Part shown: piece after piece, positions 1 to 10,219 of the stretch
How the letters are laid out: every line of letters begins with the position of its first letter
Numbering within the stretch: the stretch's first letter is position 1
Translations under genes and position numbers: made by a program
Assembly (NCBI RefSeq): GCF_000372725.1
Contig: NW_005202176.1
Location: 1 to 38,499, forward strand
Direction: 5' to 3'
Length of the DNA: 38,499 bases
DNA from: Emiliania huxleyi CCMP1516
Taxonomy: Eukaryota
The notes under the pieces: model-generated
The model's database searches: none
What the model saw: only the letters and a program-made list of their open reading frames with translations
What the model was told of the DNA's origin: nothing

Positions 1-149
1 CGGCGGCGGCAACTTGAAATGGTGCCGATAGATAGCACCCCGGATCCTGCTGAACAAGCTTCTCTTGTAGCTCGATCGGTCACACCGCCATCGCCGTCGG
101 GGAGAGGGGGGACGACACTGCTTCGGCAGCGTGCACCTCGATCCTGTAC

Positions 150-260
150 CGTGTTTGTTATGACCCCCCCCCGATGAACACACCAGAGAGGGAGGGCGAG
201 ACGATCGAGGGGTCCCGTACCACGCGGAATCGACCCTATCCAGTGCTCAAGTGCTCAAGA
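150..260 (+). repeat. ~110-bp element, left copy of an inverted pair (partner 4012-4127)
   Basis: CGTGTTTGTTATGACCCC...GTGCTCAAGTGCTCAAGA is the reverse complement of 4012-4127, with a few substitutions and a different poly-C length. Confidence 0.9.
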
Positions 261-627
261 CGTGCTCTCGACAGCTAAGGGCTAAGTAAGACGCACTCAT
301 TGTTGCAATGTCATTGTACATTGAGGCAGGAAAGCTCGCCGAGGAGTCGAGGGCTCCCGACCACGCCGGACCCAGCCAGGATAAGGCACGCTTGCCTTAC
401 TTAATTAAACTGCCAGGAAGAATGGCGAGAGAACGGCGGGAGAATATCTCGCAAATGAACAGCGAAGGGCGCATTGAAAAACGATAAAACAAATCTTCGA
501 CCCGCGTTGTTCATGGTTAGGCACCCTCGCACAACACCCCACCACCACAGGAAACAACTTCCCTGAAAGCTGCCGCCGAACCAGTTCCCGCGTATATTCG
601 CTCGCCCGCGCGTTCCCCCACACGGAG

Positions 628-2202
628 ATGCGAGAGGACGACCAATCCTCGCTCCGTGCGGAGCTTGACCGCGAGAGGCGAGCGCGAGAGGCCCTCGAGA
701 AACGCGTGTGCTACTTGGAGGGTGTCGTCCGCACGCTCCTGGCTGAGCGGGCGCACGAGCCGCCTCCAACACTGCCGCTGCCTGAGCCGACTCCATCGGC
801 AGTGCCCGAGCCTCTGTCAACGTCGCCGGAGCACGAGCCTTGGTCGCCGGAGCTCCCCGCCGGTGCTGCGAGCGGCGCTCCACCGCTGTCAAAGCCTGCA
901 CCGCTGACGACACGACTGGACAGAGTGTGCAGCGAGCTATTGAGCCGCGGTATCGAGGTCACTCCAAAGGGAATCATCCCCAGGGCAGCTGCTGCACTGA
1001 AGGCGCTCGGACTTGCCGACATCACCGCCCAGGGCCTCCGTGTACAGGCACAAGTCGAGCTGCTGGAGAAGCATCTGTTCCCCGACGACGCCGGGGCGCC
1101 GGCGGCAGAGGCGCAAGCAGCGGCGAGCGAGGCTGCGAGGTGGCAGCAGGAGAATGCGGAGGCGGCGGCGAGAGAAGCGGCGAGAGCGGCTGCAGCAGAG
1201 GAAGCGAGGCAGTTGGCGGCGCGGCGGGCGGCGGTGCAGGAGACGGAGGCAACCGCAAAGGCAGCGCAGGCGGAGCTGGCCGAGCAGATGAGAGCGCGTA
1301 TGGCGGAGGCGAGGGAGGCGGAGGCGAGGGAGAGGGCGGCGAGGGAGGAGAGGAGAGAGCTGGAAGCAGCTCAAGTTCGAGTCGAGGCTCAGCTGGCGGC
1401 GATGAGCATGGCCGGTTCGGAGGACGCCGCGATGAGCATGGCGCCGGGGACCGCCGCGGCAGGGGCCGACCGGGGCACGACGGAGCGAGAAGCGGCGGCG
1501 GCGGCAGAAGACAGCTGGCAGGTGGTGGCTAGGCCCAGTCGCGCGAGCACGACGTTCGCTATACACAAGAGCTGCGTCACGTCGCTGCTGTCATCGCGGG
1601 GCGAGATGATCCGGAATATCATGACACGGACGGGCCTCAAGATGCACGTTGAGACGTCGGAGGAGGAGGCTCGGCGTCTGGAAGGGGGGAGGACGGTGAC
1701 GAGGAGGTGGGACGGGTCGGTGGCGCAGCACGAGCGGCTGCTCGAGGTCTATGGAGGAGGGGCGGCGGCGGTGGAGGCCGAGACTGTGATGCGGGAGCTG
1801 TTGATGGCCACGCCGGACTACGCCCCGACGTCACTGCGCCGCTTGGGTGGTGACGGCTCCGACGAGGGCTCCGGCGCAGCGGCGTCGTCTACTTTCCACG
1901 CGCCCGCGGCTGGCGGAGGAGGGCGCGGCGGAGGCGGAGGAGGGCGCGGCGGCGACGGAGGAGGCGGTGGACGCGGTGGACGCGGTGGAAGAGGCGGCGG
2001 TGGCGGCGGCGGTGGACGCGGCGGCGCCGGCGATGCTTTTGAGGAACTCCAGGTGGCAATGCTCACTGGGCCGGCGGCGGCTTCCCCACCTGCGAGCGTC
2101 ACGGTCGCCGGAGTGGACGCACTGCGCGCATACCACGACAAACTGGTCGCCCGCGCAGCCGAGGCTGCAGAGACGCTAACGGCTAAGCCAGGCACCACAT
2201 AG
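628..2202 (+). CDS. Coiled-coil + KH-like domain + RGG-box putative RNA-binding protein (524 aa)
   Basis: Single long ORF with E/A/R-rich coiled coils. TFAIHKSCVTSLLSSRGEMIRNIMTRTGLKMHV resembles a KH domain with a degenerate GxxG loop. C-terminal GGRGGRGGRGG box. Confidence 0.65.
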   Translation: MREDDQSSLRAELDRERRAREALEKRVCYLEGVVRTLLAERAHEPPPTLPLPEPTPSAVPEPLSTSPEHEPWSPELPAGAASGAPPLSKPAPLTTRLDRVCSELLSRGIEVTPKGIIPRAAAALKALGLADITAQGLRVQAQVELLEKHLFPDDAGAPAAEAQAAASEAARWQQENAEAAAREAARAAAAEEARQLAARRAAVQETEATAKAAQAELAEQMRARMAEAREAEARERAAREERRELEAAQVRVEAQLAAMSMAGSEDAAMSMAPGTAAAGADRGTTEREAAAAAEDSWQVVARPSRASTTFAIHKSCVTSLLSSRGEMIRNIMTRTGLKMHVETSEEEARRLEGGRTVTRRWDGSVAQHERLLEVYGGGAAAVEAETVMRELLMATPDYAPTSLRRLGGDGSDEGSGAAASSTFHAPAAGGGGRGGGGGGRGGDGGGGGRGGRGGRGGGGGGGGRGGAGDAFEELQVAMLTGPAAASPPASVTVAGVDALRAYHDKLVARAAEAAETLTAKPGTT

Positions 2203-2627
2203 GCGAGGATTGCAACCGTAGGTGCAGCGGGTCAAGGCTGTGCGCAAGCTCTGTCCCCAAAACGAGGCGCTCTATGTGAGTCTCGTCAACCAGATTAAGC
2301 TCGGGCGCGACCCTGCGCGGCACAAGGCGGAAACGCTCGCACATTTCCTCGACCTCTGCGGAGTGACGCTGACGGGGTAGGAGCTCACGGAGTAAGAAAC
2401 GGAGTAGGATGTGATTCCGTCACGCTCCTGCTCTAGCTGTCTAGTGAGTTTCACGCTGTGTGTAGAGTGCCGGCTGTGGACTGGCACAGCTGAGTCGTGT
2501 TGACTGTTGTCGTCAGTGGAGAGTCGCACGATCTACGGCTTTATCAGCGAGATCCCCCCGAGATAATTTTCCGCCGAGATTCCCCCGAGAAGTGCTGGGC
2601 TCCGTTCAGCAATTCAGCAACGTACTT

Positions 2628-3876
2628 TCAAACGATCTGTCTCACGCACGATTTTGATGAGAGAGCAGCGCAAGTCAATCTTTCTCCTCTCTCCTCGTCG
2701 AGCCACACCACTCCGTGCTCGCGCCTGCCCTCGAAGCAGTCCCGTCCATGCAGCGCCTGGTACGAGTCCAGCAGCACGACCTCGCCCGTCGCCATCGGCA
2801 CCCGCACCACGTGCCTCCCCACCGCCTCGTCGACAGCCTCGAGCAGCGCCGGCTCGAGGGGAGAAAGGTCGCCGTAAAAGACGTCCACGCCCTCGAAGGT
2901 GCCGCCCGCCGCGCCGCCGCCCGCCCGCCGCCGCTGCAGGTACGCCGACTGCGAGTGCAGGCTGCTGAAGAAGGTTGGCGCGCCGCTGGCCGGGTGTCGG
3001 TTGACAGGCGCCTTCGGCTGCTCGAGGATCTGCAGCGTCCGCTCGTCGGCGGAGAAGGCGACTGCCAGATCGAGCGGCACCTGTTCACAGCTAGAGGTGT
3101 GAAGAGACGCTGTTCACAGCTAGGCGACTCGAAGTGATGAAGAGGAGGATAAAACACTAACTGCTGATAATGTCAATAGAGATGATAGAATAGTAGTAAT
3201 ACTGATCGAGCGCCTTGGCCGAGAGGATAGCGCCCACGACGCGCAGCGCCGCTCCGCGCAGCGCCGCGAGGAGGGAGGGCGGCAGCGGCAAGTCCGCGAG
3301 CCATCCGAAGGGGATCGACGCCACCCGCACTGAGAGCAGCCTCTCTCGCAGGGTGGCCAGCACTCCGGCAGGCAGGGTGGCCAGCACCGCCCGCCCGTCC
3401 GCGAGCAGAAAGTCGCCTCCACCGAGCTTCGCGGGCTGGAAGCACGCAAAGGCGGCGAAGGGAGCCGCCAGCTTGTACGTCACGTCGTTGTGCAGCCCTA
3501 TGAAGGTCTTGGAGAGGGACTCGGCGTTGACCGCCTCGTACACTCCGTCCGGCGCGGAGAGGAGGGAGCGGACGCCGACGCTCGCCAAAGGGTCGGCGCA
3601 GGGAACCAGAGGCAGCGCGCTACAAAAGTCGCGCAAGCCTGCCGAGGTGGCAGGGAGGCGGAAGCCCTTGAAGTGAAGCGCGCCGTGCTCGCCGAGCTCA
3701 TCCATGAGCCACTCCCGGTTCCGCTCGAGCCACTCGCGCTCAGCAGTCGGCGACAGCGAAGGAGGCGCGGTGACGACAGCGAGGAAGTCGCGTGGAGCCG
3801 CGGGCGTCAGCTCGCCGAGCGCGTCCCACCGGGTGGGAGGGCAGGGAAGCAGGCCGAGGAGCGGTGCGAGGAGCAT
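2628..3876 (-). CDS. TauD/TfdA (clavaminate-synthase-like) Fe(II)/2-oxoglutarate dioxygenase, 2 exons (3214-3876, 2628-3080)
   Basis: Motifs HGALHFKGF, IGLHND (HxD), GGDFLLADGR and LDSYQALHGR (distal His/Arg). The two ORFs join in frame through an AAG|GC ... CAG|GTG intron (3081-3213). Confidence 0.85.
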
Positions 3877-4011
3877 CCGCGGCCGAGCCTGGCGAGGTAC
3901 TTCCAGCCTGCTGTGGGAACAGCTGACGCAGTCTCGCCGGCCGAGGCTCGCCCCAGCACTCGGGTTGACTCGGCCAGACAATGTGCTGTGAATGGTTGCC
4001 GTGAATTTTCT

Positions 4012-4127
4012 TCTTGAGCACTTGAGCACTGGATAGGGTCGATTCCGCATGGTACGGGACCCCTCGATCGTCTCGCCCTCCCTCACTGGTGTGTTCATTG
4101 GGGGGGGGGGGGGTCATAACAAACACG
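4012..4127 (-). repeat. ~116-bp element, right copy of the inverted pair (partner 150-260)
   Basis: Reverse complement of 150-260. It lies just upstream of the TauD-like gene. Confidence 0.9.
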
Positions 4128-4660
4128 CGACACAAAAACGGTCCGCCGTAATAAAGAAATAGACCGGCCAGAGAGCGAGTCGTTTGTGTGTCCGTTGGTA
4201 TGTAGTACACGTTTATTGCGGGCTCGCCCGTACGACAAGAGCATCTCCGTCAGCTCCCTCTCTTGTCCGAAGAGCGACATTGTTAGCGTTGGCATGCAGC
4301 TCTCCATCATATGCGCGCGTGAGGATTGCATCGACATAAAGCGTTCCTAGCAGAGGCCGGTGGGCGCACCCGCGTAGAAGGGGGGGGGGGGGCGCACAAC
4401 GCGCAAAATAACAGGGAGCGAGCGAACACCAACATCACGCACACCAAGCCAAGCCTCCTCGTATGCGACGGAACAGGTCTGCCCGGTGGTCCATACGTGT
4501 GTTGTTCGCAAGATGATGCCATTGATGCTGTCCGACTGTTCCACGGTGGATGTGCTTGACGTAGGTGCCGTTCAAGTTGAACCCATGCACCTTATGAACT
4601 GCGCGCCGATTCTCGGTTGACAATGTCGGAAAGCGACCGTGCCTCGTTCGCCGCTTATGA

Positions 4661-4840
4661 TGTAGAGTTTGTTGTAGAGATTTCACGTTGTAGAACGCCT
4701 CTACATCGCTCTACAGGCGACTCACATCGTCACGCGGCGGATGTAGAGCTCTACAGCTCTACAGCGCTCCAGAGCGCTCTACATCTCTACATACAGCTCT
4801 ACAGCGCTCTACACTCTACATCCTCTACACCCTCCCTCAG
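4661..4840 (-). repeat. Transposon-end-like sequence rich in TGTAGAG/CTCTACA repeats, ending ...CCCTCCCTCAG
   Basis: About 4699-4840 is the reverse complement of about 13578-13717. Dense 7-bp sub-repeats occur in both orientations. Confidence 0.75.
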
Positions 4841-5084
4841 AACCCAAGGTGATAGAGGGGAAAAAGATCGATTGCGCTCTTGCCGATCCGCACCTACCTA
4901 GGCTCTTGGGTGGCGCGCCCCCCCCAGCTCTTCACAACGAACCTGGCCCCAGGGCTGGTACCCTACATCGACGGAGATCAAACCGCCGGGTCCCGGTGCT
5001 CTGAGGTCGGGGCGGCAGGCGGACCTCTCTGTCGGAAGCGACGCAGACCGACCCCTCCTCCCACAGTTGGCCAGCTCCTGACCC

Positions 5085-5990
5085 ATGCCGGTCAGGACCT
5101 CGACGGCTGTGGCCGTCGCCGCCGCCGCCGCCGCCGCCGCCGTTATCCTCCTCCTCGGGCGGCGACGGCGCCTGCAACCACGCATCGCCTACATCAACAC
5201 CGAGGATGCTGACAAGTGGAATGATCAGCTACGAATATTCGCCGGCGCGCTGCGCCTCCCGCCTGCGGCCTTTCAAAGGTTCGACGCGTACAAGGGCGAG
5301 TTCCCGACCCGCGCGGAGCTCGAGTCGGGCAAGTACAATGGCGTGCTGATTACGGGCAGCCACTATTCCGCGGTCGACCCGCAGCAGCAGCACTGGCTCG
5401 AGGGCCTCTTCGAGTGCATCCGAGCGTGCGCTGCGCTGCCGCGGGTGCGCCTGGTCGGCTGCTGCTTTGGCTGCCAGGCCGTCGCGGTCGCCCTCGGGGG
5501 CGAGGTCGGCTCCAACCCGGACGGCAGCTTCACCTTTGGCGCAGAGACGATCGACGTCGACGCGGCTGCCCTCGCCGGCCTGTTCCCGCCGCAGGAGCGT
5601 GCGAGCGTGGAGGCGCTCCTGTCGCCGCTGCCGCCAGCGGGCGGCGCTGGCGAGGGCGGCCCGGCCTCCCTCCGGCTGCTGCAGAGCCACGGCGAGCAGG
5701 TGCTGCGCATGCCGGCGGGCTCGCTCCTGCTCGGCTGCTCGCCGACCGCGCGGCACGAGCTCTTCGTCTGCGGCCGCCACCGCAATGCGCTCTGCTGCCA
5801 GGCGCACCCGGAGTTCGACGTGGCGCTCCTCCGCGAGCGCATCGAGCCGGCGCTGCGCGACAAGGGGCGGATGACGCCGCTCGAGCTGCAGGCGAGCGCA
5901 GCGGGCATGGCGGCCGGCGGAGCGGAGGCGCTCCGCTCGGAGGTGGGGCGCGAGCTGTACAGGAGGTGGCTGACGGGACGGCACAGCTGA
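5085..5990 (+). CDS. Class I glutamine amidotransferase-like protein (GATase1, 301 aa) with N-terminal hydrophobic anchor
   Basis: GVLITGS, nucleophile elbow GCCFGCQ, SHGEQV and QAHPEF; the Cys-His-Glu triad is intact. Confidence 0.9.
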   Translation: MPVRTSTAVAVAAAAAAAAVILLLGRRRRLQPRIAYINTEDADKWNDQLRIFAGALRLPPAAFQRFDAYKGEFPTRAELESGKYNGVLITGSHYSAVDPQQQHWLEGLFECIRACAALPRVRLVGCCFGCQAVAVALGGEVGSNPDGSFTFGAETIDVDAAALAGLFPPQERASVEALLSPLPPAGGAGEGGPASLRLLQSHGEQVLRMPAGSLLLGCSPTARHELFVCGRHRNALCCQAHPEFDVALLRERIEPALRDKGRMTPLELQASAAGMAAGGAEALRSEVGRELYRRWLTGRHS

Positions 5991-6891
5991 GGAGTGCGGC
6001 CCGGACGCGTGCTCCGTCAAAGCGCTGCGCACCGTCTGCCCGACGGAGGCGCTGCCTGCGCGTCCGACGCCGGTGGGCGACGAGTTCTTTTGCATCGCCG
6101 AGTCGATGGCGCCGCTCGCAGAGGCGCTCGCGGAGGTCAAGGCGGCGACAGCGCAGGCGCAGGGCGACGGCGGGCACCATCTGCGCGGGTCGAGCTCGAG
6201 CGCGGCGACAGTCTGACGTGACTCCTTTCCGGCTGGAGGGGTATGGGCTTCCGGCGCTCGCGGCGCCGGGCCGCTGGTGCCAGACCGCCATCATCCCGCG
6301 GGCGAACGTGTACGGCGAGACCGACAGGGCGCGGCGGGATATTGCGCTTGTGCTGGCGATCGCTCTCACGGGCATCGTCCTCAGGGTGCTGCTGCTGCTC
6401 GGCGCGCTGTGGTTCGTCCGCTTTGCGCACAAGTCGCTCTGCCGCGAGCGGCGGCAGCTCGACGAGAAGCGTGTGCGCGCCGAGGTCGACTCGATGCACG
6501 AGATGGGTCGTCCCTGCCGAGCTGTTTGCCTCCTTCTCCTTGTTGCCGATGCACGAGACGCTGCGGGACGGCACGGCTGCCACCCGCTCTTCACAGTCAA
6601 CACGCTCGCATAGCTGCGCGAGCTGAAGGGCAGCCGCCGCCACTGCCTCTTCCGCCACCGCCTTTTCCTCCACCGTCGCCTCCGCCGCCGCCTCTACGGC
6701 GCTCTCCAACGCCTCTGCCAGTCCCTCGCGACCCCATCTCTCATTGGAGCAGGGGCGGGGGCGACGCCGGCAGCAGTGGCCACCACAGCGGTGACCCCAG
6801 CATTCATGGGTGACGACAATTCATTGGACGAGTGTTTGCGAGCAGAAGCGCGTGTGCTGAATCTAGATCGCACGCCGTGGCATATGACTTG

Positions 6892-7792
6892 CGTCTGAAC
6901 CACAGCGTGTCCCGACTCGACCGCCGGCGTCCCGGTCCGGGGGTGTTTCTCTTCTTATCCGTTACCATGTAGAGCAAGGCCGAGGGCGGGCCCTTTCGGG
7001 CTCGGGCCGCCCTCTCGCCCGCACCTCTGCGGGGCTTGCACGTGGCAGCGGCGGCTCAAGATCCCAGCGATCTCGAGTTCTTCACGCTATCCACTGCGCC
7101 GCGGCTTCGCCGCGCCCATCCAAGCCCAGGGCTTGGTTTGCTGATACCCGCATCTCGCTCTGCGCATCTCTGAGGCTACCCGCCGGGTAACCCGAAAACC
7201 CGCGCGCCGACTGCTACGCGCGCGGCGAGAGGCGCACCCCATCGGGGACAGGATTGAGGCCCCTGTACAAGCTCGGCAACGTTGCCGTCGTTGCCCTCCC
7301 GAGCCCTCAACACGATGCCGCACATTGCGCAACCCGTTCTGCGCACATGCCGCAGGGAGGAGTTTTCACTCTGCCGTCCGAGTTTCTCCTTCCTGCAGGG
7401 CGAGAGACATCAGCCTCTCTACTTCCAGGAGAACATCTACGCCACACGCTATCCCGACGGTCCACAACCCACACTCTCGCTGCAGTCGATCCAGCCCTCG
7501 CACTCCCCACTGGAGATCTAGCCGAGGCCCCGGCGGACAGGATTGGAGCCCCTCCGCCTGTGCTGCGTCTGTGGTGATATGTGGGGGACACTTTCTCCTC
7601 CCTATTCATGTCAGTCACTCGACTGCGTCGAGGGGGGGGGACGTCTGAACCACAGCGTGTCCCGACTCGACCGCCGGCGTCCCGGTCCGGGGGTGTTTCT
7701 CTTCTTATCCGTTACCATGTAGAGCAAGGCCGAGGGCGGGCCCTTTCGGGCTCGGGCCGCCCTCTCGCCCGCACCTCTGCGGGGCTTGCACG
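6892..7792 (+). mobile_element. Non-autonomous LTR retrotransposon (TRIM-like) with two identical 151-bp LTRs (6892-7042, 7642-7792)
   Basis: Identical direct repeats 750 bp apart. ACTTG duplicated at 6887-6891 and 7793-7797. PBS-like TGGCAGCGGCGG right after the 5' LTR. Polypurine tract GAGGGGGGGGGA right before the 3' LTR. Confidence 0.9.
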
Positions 7793-7847
7793 ACTTGGGT
7801 AGGCGTGCGACCGCAGCGCGCCCGCCGTAAGCTCGACGGGGCGCGCG

Positions 7848-9517
7848 CAGGTCATGCAAAATAAATTGAGTTTTATTCCGCGGTGCACACTGAAAGCAGC
7901 GACAATGGCTTGCGAAGACAGCCCTGCTGCGCCGATCTTCACCTCGACGCCGCTCGAAGGCCCGAGCTCCGGACGCCAAACGGGCCGGAAGGAGCCGAGG
8001 CTGGGTGGTCCGGATGAGGATTCGATCCCGTACGAGCGGGTTCTGAGCTGTACTGTGGGGTCAACGGCGTCGTTTGGGCGTCAGGTGCGCGCGCCCGCCG
8101 TTTGCCCGCAGAACTCCGTGGAATCGCCCCGTACCCCGCCGCACTCGCGTCGTATCGTGAGCTGTGCCTGTGCTGGCCCGGTAGGCCGCGCGCCGACCGT
8201 GGCCAAAGAGCTGGCAGAGAGTGCTGCCCTGTCCTCTCTGGCCTCATACATCGCCGCCCGCTGCACGGCTCAGCTTCTGACCCGCCAGGCGCTCAGGCGT
8301 GCGGAGGCGATCTTCTTCGGCTTGGACCAAGCGTACCAGCCCTCCGGGGCTGCCGCGGGTCGCCCAAATGGTCACCTTCCAGCTGATGGAGTGTGCAGAT
8401 GATGCCATTAAGGCGCTCTTCGCCGCCGACGGAGCCGGCCTGAAGGGAAAGGTGTCCAAAAAGAAGGCGCTCGCGCAGCTCCTGTGCGACATGGTCGGCG
8501 CGCCGATGCTGTCGCCGGACGAGGCCGAGTCTGCGGGCGCGCGCGTCGCCACACGGCTCGTCAACATGGGCAAGGAGGATGCGGCGGCCGCGAAGGCGGA
8601 GGCGCGGGCGGCGCGCGGCAGCGACGACGCTGCGGTGGCGGCGGTACTGGCGCGTCGTCCGCATGCTGGAGCGGCGCGGCGCCGTCTACTCGGGCTTCCT
8701 GCCAGAGATGAGCACGCCTCCGCCGCCGCCTCCCGCCCCTCCTTCCTCCCCGCACCCCGCCACCCGGCTCGCCGCCCCGTCGCCGTCGCGAGTCAGCCCT
8801 CGGTCAGGTACTGCCAAAGGCGGCCACAAGCAGTACCATCGCTACCAGCGCCACCGTGCCGGCGCTGGTAAGCTCTGCGGCCCGTGTAGCGGCCCCGTAG
8901 CCCGTCGCCCGGGCACATGGCGCCCTCACACCGCTCCTCGCCCCCGTCTCGCAGGCCAAAATCGTCGACATCGTGTCGGCACTCTCTACGGCGCGCCTGG
9001 GCTCACAGAGGCCGGCCTGGGTGGTGCAGGGTGGCTGGGCTGCCCCCCTCGCGCGGTGTGCCAAGCCTCGGGGGTCGGGGAGACCATCTCGGGTCGCCGA
9101 GGGGGCGGGTCGGACGCCCGATCCGGCTGCTGGCCGGAGGACGTCGCCGGTTCCGCGATTTTGGGCGCCCCAGTCGCCTCCAGCCGGGCCGAGCGGCGCC
9201 AGCTGGTAGCTGGGGCCGCAGGGCGGTCGGGCCGACACCGTGTGCTAGTCGGGGTGGGTTGTCTAGGGGTGTAAAGGTCGGTAGAGTGTCCGTTTGTGGC
9301 CTCCGGACGGGCTCTGGTCGGGAGCCCGCCGGGCCGGCTGAGGCTGTGTGTCCGTCCACTGTGGACCCAGTGATGGCCTAGGAGCCCTGCACGGACGGTG
9401 TTTATGCTATATAACACCTAGGGACCGCGTGGGGTGGGCGGCGAGCCGCGCATCGGCCGACAATGTGCCGGTGTACGCGTTTCGGTCACACTCAGGGGGC
9501 CCGTTTTGCATGACCTG
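7848..9517. mobile_element. Putative non-autonomous DNA transposon with 14-bp TIR CAGGTCATGCAAAA, flanked by CG on both sides
   Basis: CAGGTCATGCAAAA (7848-7861) and TTTTGCATGACCTG (9504-9517) form a perfect inverted pair. CG dinucleotides at 7846-7847 and 9518-9519. Confidence 0.65.
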
Positions 9518-9694
9518 CGTGTCAGCTAGAAGTTTGCCAGTAGAGCTATGAATCCTGGTCTGTTCGAAGAGGTAAGGGTAAGGGTAAGGTAAACTTCTCC
9601 ACACACACGAGGTGGTGGGGCAAGGGGGGGCAACCCTCGCGTCTCCACGTCTAACGACAGGAGCCCCACGGCATTTAAAGTGCAAGGCCCGGTG

Positions 9695-10064
9695 TAGAGC
9701 TGTCAAACGTTAACTTTGGGCCTAACAGTTGCACTATTGTTGGCTGAAATCCTTAACGTTGTTCAAGTGTTCATCCCAGCCCATGCTGTTACTGTTTGTT
9801 ACTGTTGTTACTGTTGTTCAGCGGTCAGCAAGCAGAAAATGCCAAAAAACCCGGGTAAAACCCGAAAATACCTGGGTTTTCCCGGGTATTTTCGGGTATT
9901 ACCCGCACTGGACGCTGGAGATCGTCGTGGGTCACTGCCAGGCCTTCCTTATTGTTGTTCAGCCGGCCTAACGTTAGCTACTGTTGTTGGGGAGCCCAAC
10001 TGTTGTTCTGTTGTTACTGTTAACACTAGCAACACTGTTCAGCTCTTAACGTTTGACAGCTCTA
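9695..10064. mobile_element. hAT-type MITE (370 bp)
   Basis: 19-bp perfect TIR TAGAGCTGTCAAACGTTAA. 8-bp TSD GCCCGGTG at 9687-9694 and 10065-10072. Interior is AT-richer with ACTGTT sub-repeats and a central imperfect palindrome. Confidence 0.93.
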
Positions 10065-10085
10065 GCCCGGTGCGCGTGGGTGAGC

Positions 10086-10219
<134 letters not shown>

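Noticed and set aside
3877..4098. N-terminal extension of the TauD ORF
   Set aside because: It runs through the inverted-repeat element; the ATG at 3876 with a hydrophobic leader is more plausible.
4210..4660. Possible transposase remnant on the minus strand
   Set aside because: Short broken frames with no recognisable catalytic motif.
5990..6813. Possible membrane-protein gene (hydrophobic stretch IALVLAIALTGIVLRVLLLLGALWFV)
   Set aside because: No clear start, splice model or family motif. It may be a gene remnant but cannot be supported.
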